Shown: in pieces, positions 58,967-64,000 of the stretch | Numbering within the stretch: position 1 is the first letter of the stretch | Layout of the letters: the number at the start of each line of letters is the position of its first letter | From: Haliotis cracherodii | Lineage: Eukaryota | Length of the DNA stretch: 64,000 nucleotides | Direction of reading: 5' to 3' | NCBI RefSeq assembly: GCF_022045235.1 | Contig: NW_027266270.1 | Coordinates: 4,278,001-4,342,000 of the forward strand | Made by a program: the position numbers and the translations under genes | Notes under the pieces: generated by a model | Databases searched by the model: none | Told to the model about the DNA's origin: nothing | The model's input: only the letters and a program-made list of their open reading frames with translations

Positions 58967-61861
58967 GATTCAAGGTATGTCTTCCAGTCAGAAATTAGGT
59001 AACAGAACAATTAGAACCAAATAATTAGTTGAAACAGTTTTCTATAAACATGACAAATTAATTAGAGGGTTTAACTGCACCTATTTCCGTTGTTAAAGAG
59101 GTCCATTCAAATTGTTGGCATCAATAAATGAGAAACTAGCTAACATTACAAAGTTCATTCACCAGGTGTTTTTGAGTGAAACTAACATTTGACAGGCAAC
59201 CCCTTATTTAAATATAACAATATCATTACAGCATCCAAACGAAAAGTTCCAAACGCGTAACTTGATTTATTTCCCTTGTGATTCTTAAAGAATCAATGTT
59301 AGCACAATGACATCCGGTTCATGGCGATAAAGGCGCCATCTATGGAAGGTCACTGCTGATCACGTTTTACTATTTGGCATCACACCCCTCAAGACCTGAG
59401 TCAGCGCATAAAGCGGATAAAATGATAATATTTAAGAACCGCGAGACGGGGTTACCATAATCTTGAAAAGACGTGCAGGGAAAGTGCGCGACCGCATTGA
59501 GGGGTTCTATCAACGCATCAACAGTTTAGTGTCACGATCATCAACGATCTCTAGGTTCATCTCTGCCCGTCTCGAGGATCATGATCAAACAGTTTGTAAA
59601 GGCCCTGTAGCCATAGCTTCGTGTTCTTGTATATACATACATCGTAGTTGACGCATACAGGAAGCCCCGTGGGCGTAATTGACAACAGGAAATTATATTT
59701 TTTTGTAATTCTTGCAAAAAAGTCGTCCAGAGGAAAACAACAAAGACATAGCGGTTTTTTAACACACGGTACGTGTTTCTAGCAGAGGGTCATGAGTGCT
59801 TGTGAAACGATATATTTTGAAATAAGCAAAAAATTAAATCAGTTAACATTGAGTGTCACTGTGAGTCGACAAACGAGCGTCATAAATCCAATTTGGCAAA
59901 CATCAGTATCCAAAGAAATCTCCCGAGTCTTCTACATGGGATGTTAACAATTCAATTACTGTTTTCCAAGACGGTGTAGATAGAAGGGTTGTCAGTCAAC
60001 GTCTGACGTTTTTCATGAACAGACCTTTGAGGTCAACACTAAAACCAATTCAATTTCCACTGACAGTTTATCATCATACTTTTTGCGAAGAAATTCAATA
60101 TTTCGATTTTTCAACAACCAAGCTCACGTTGACAGATCTTGGGGTTAAGTAGGGGGTACAATATGAGATCAAAGTTCAGAACGTTGTCCGCTAGTCGTTC
60201 TGACACATCGCAAATATTTACTCTCATTTTGACAAAGGTCTTCATCTTTAACATCAAATTCCCTGTCTATCGTGGAGTGATTGCATCTATTTCTCCACAA
60301 CGTTCTGCATTGGGGGACAACGCACGTTTTGTACAAGAAAAAGAGGACGAGAGAGATGTTTTCGAAGTCGTAAATTTGATTCTTTCACAAAAATGAGACA
60401 TGAGCATCTTATCATTTTAAACTTATGGAACTAACTGACTTTCTTACATATGTCATTTTGTGTGTCAGAAAGAGGCTAGCGTAATGGCTCGTCGGATAAT
60501 AAAATATCTTCTACAAATGATAGTTGGCTACAACATTTGAATTTCAACTCCCTCAAACCGGGGTATGTATGTAGTCTGGATCAGACACACCCAGGGGCGA
60601 CCCATACTGTAGATGTACGATGACATACTCAACCAGGTCACACATTGGATTGCCTCCTATACCCGCTTTAATCGACATTTAGGGTGAGATATCGCAGGGC
60701 CTGGTGCATCCCCCGACACAATAATGTATTGTAATAAAAAACATGTTTTAAGAGATTTAAATGTATGTCTTGAAGCAATAACTGTAAAACATATTCTACA
60801 GCCAACAACATCCAATCCATGCTTACTTTCATCCCTCCCATATGCTATATAAGGATTAGTGTTCTCAGGACATTTGGCCAGTTTACACCTGGCATTCCGG
60901 TGGAGAATGCTTGTAATGATCACACAAATTGCGTTCTCAGCATATTTGATCTGTATGTGTATGAAATTGGAATGAAGGGTAAAAAGCATTCATATTCCCT
61001 TCCCTCCATGTAATAAAATGGGTATTTGTAATACGTTTGTTATCGAATACTGTATATATTATACCAGAAGGGATATGTCAGTTATAAGTATCGGTCCATT
61101 ATAAAACTCTTCTTATACAGTTTGTGTTAATATAAGAAAAATAGCCAAGTGGTTAAAGCAATCTCTGGTCGCTGTTCGATTCTCGTCATGATTGCAATGT
61201 GTGCGACTCACTATCGGTGCCCCACGGCAAAATATCGAAGTACAAAAATGTTGAATTTAACGCTGAACGAACCCTGGCAAAGGCAGCATAAAAACAAATA
61301 CTCGTCCAATGTTGATAATACCTATAGCTCCCGTGAGATGAATCTCTAAGCGGTTGACTATCTGTCACGATTCTCGGTTATGTCCAAATAGTACTAACTT
61401 GCGAGTTCATGATCTCAAGTCATAGGGAGCTTGGGTAATATCATGGGAGCCGATGTGAATGACAAGGCAACTGGAGAATTGATTTGTTCACATTCAAATC
61501 ACAAATTGGCATCTCGATTGGCATTGTCTTGTGTTGACTTGTCAATAGCGATTTTCTGATGTTGAATCCAGTTACCAGATCAATTCTGTAGATTTATTCT
61601 AAAGGGAGTTTCTATTTGTTTAACATCATCACTTGTTTCGCCATGCTCCTGACATTCACGCTATTATTCCAGTAGTACCACGATACCTGGGGATTGGTGT
61701 GAACAGTGTAAAGGTGAAGGCCATTGCCCTGGGATGCTATAATTCTCTATCAAGATGATTAATAACTTTTGGGAAATGCTTCTTATAACCCCCCGTAGCA
61801 CTGCCAGGATCCGCTGTCTGTGTGTTCGAATCCTCGGTTCATCGCGATTATGATTCCTCAG

Positions 61862-62052
61862 GAATCCCGGTTCGCCCCGATTATGTTTCTAGGTTTGTCA
61901 GCACCATACTCGTGCTCGTGGGTTTCACCGAAGTGGTTAACGTCTGAGACCTGCATCACTTCGGACTTTCCTCCCACATTAAGCTGACACGCCGTGATAT
62001 AACTGGAATAAGGTTAAAAGCGGCGTTAAACTCCACTCACTCACTCACTCAC
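61862..62052 (+). mobile_element. SINE family B, 5'-truncated, 13-bp TSD
   Basis: TATGATTCCTCAG at 61849-61861 and 62053-62065. The body is near identical to 43977-44160. Confidence 0.92.
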
Positions 62053-64000
62053 TATGATTCCTCAGAACCATACAATGATTTTAACCAAATTAGATTCCCC
62101 TGCCCTGGTCTTGGTCCATGCGCTACAGCAACGTGACATACCTATGTGACCATTACCCCTATGATAGAATAAAAAGCACGACAATTTTAGCGGCAAAACC
62201 CTTTCGATGACCATATGAAATCTCTGCTCAAGTCCGTTGTACGATCCCAACTATTTCGTGAGCATGTCTCTATGAATCACCATTAAATAGTGGTGACACC
62301 TAATGTTAGCGAAATGGTGAGCGTAGAATGCTCCGTTGGTGGCATCCGAAACATAGACATACAAAGGCAAGTCACCTGGACAAGTCGAAATACAGAATTA
62401 CATCAGACGTTTTTGAAAATGTTCTTAACATGTCCACCATACAACTTTGAGAAAGTTTTACTTTACCATGTGAATTAAAATATCAATACCTTTGGGGTAT
62501 TTTGTCTATCACTGTTACGTTAGCAGATCAAAGTAAAACAGAAGCGACATTCCATAGAAGCCTGGCCTCAAGAGACATTGCTAACTCAATGTGATGACAC
62601 CAGGTGTCCCACGCGAAGGAGCATCATTGCCCTTTGTATCACGATTACATCAGATATTATATAGATGCGTTGTCCCGAGAGACGGTAACGCATTTTTAAC
62701 ATGATCTGTTTCATCCCTAACGAGAACCAAAAAAGGGTCCTGATGAAACTAATTTCATCTTTGCACTATCCGTTCCCACACACTGATCAACCAAAAGTAG
62801 GGACTTTGAGATAATTCATTTCAAGATATCGGCATCCGAACGTAATTTCATAATTCTTAAGAAGTATTCGCAATAAACAGAAACTTAAAAGCAAAGATTT
62901 GAAAAGGCCTCTTTTTACTAGTCGATAAGATCTGTTCTAATAAGAACCCTTATCCTGCGGGACCACAAGGCAATGCGGGACGCCATCAGCGGGTATATCG
63001 TAGCGCATTTTAAAACATGGAGTTTTGGAAAGAAATGTAAGATATGTTATATCAGCAAGGTTGACCTTTCTATGATGGTAATTGATTCCCATGCAGCTGA
63101 TTAACGTCATGTACCTGTTACGAGGCAGGTGGCGGTCAGAATCGTATTCTAGTCCTGTGAGAGTGGGTTCTATATGAACGCAGAGATCCGACACTGTGGT
63201 ATAATGGCGTTCTGACAACATCTTGTTCCGTCCATTAAGTGGACCTGAAGAAATGTCATACTCAAAATTCTCCTTCGATTAAAAACAATTCAAAATGTTA
63301 CGCGAATAAGTTGCTGTGTTTGTAAAACAATGAATAATAATGCGGTAATTGGGTGATAAAAATGTTAAATAAAAAATGACACCAATTACGACGGAAGCAG
63401 AGTTTCGAGCAAGTGCTCATTTTCTCACATCATTAAGAGGCGCATCCGCAATCAGTGCGGTGTTAAAACAGAAGTAGATTTGGATTCATTTGCACGACAC
63501 GTCGCGTCTCCTAATGCCAAATAAATAGTTCCATGAGATAGTTTCAAGAGCTCCTATTCGCCCCAGTTGCATGATGAACTGCTATTTGTTACAATATTTA
63601 ATCTTTCAATAATGCTATAATATCGTCTACTGCTGAAGTGAGTTAATGCAAACAGACAAATTGGGTGTGTTTCATGAAATCCATTACATCTTTCACAGAC
63701 AATACGTATAGAGTCCTCCTTGACAGACTAGTGATAACTATCGAGGAAGGGTGATGAAGATGACACGTTGGTCGCAAAGTCATCGGTTGTATGGTCATTC
63801 CCATCCCCAACACAATGCACTTGTCTCGACTGTGTGCTTTCTCATTGTATGAAGAGAAGTTTGTCACGCACGTTGACTAGCCTACGGACTGTCAGCAGAC
63901 TGGTGTCTACGATAAGACACTTCATCTTAACAGCTTGAAATAGTTGAGTATTCTACGAAGCCAGTGTTCATGGGCTACGGAATAGCCACCTGAACACCTA

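Noticed and set aside
53160-64000. FMRF/FLRF peptide-encoding exons
   Set aside because: No KR-FMRFG/FLRFG repeats found by eye or in the ORF track, so they are presumed downstream of the window.

Overview
Repeat-rich, AT-rich eukaryotic DNA, most likely from a gastropod mollusc and probably abalone (Haliotis). That assignment is inferred from the tRNA-derived SINEs and the FMRFamide signal peptide. Main contents: (1) 1-5.7 kb holds decayed Penelope-like and Tc1/mariner remnants. (2) 5.7-26.1 kb holds three tandem copies of a ~5.27-kb segment. Copy 1 carries a young, uninterrupted 4.78-kb APE-type LINE (RTE-X-like), and copies 2 and 3 preserve the empty site. The LINE reads as one continuous frame: hydrophobic leader, virus-like 2A motif (DIETNPGP), ORF1p, a single in-frame UAG, then an APE/RT ORF2 with no usable ATG. 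This implies two possible ribosomal recoding events on one mRNA. (3) 26-41 kb holds SINEs, a Tc1 copy whose frameshift is repaired by a (GA)n expansion, two 40-bp minisatellites and R4/Dong fragments. (4) 41-64 kb holds the 5' part of an FMRFamide neuropeptide precursor gene on the + strand: a candidate promoter and non-coding exon at ~41.0-41.1 kb, and the signal-peptide exon at 52997-53159, whose splice acceptor has been tandemly amplified six times. The peptide-encoding exons were not found and probably lie beyond the window. No CRISPR array, rRNA or true tRNA gene was found.
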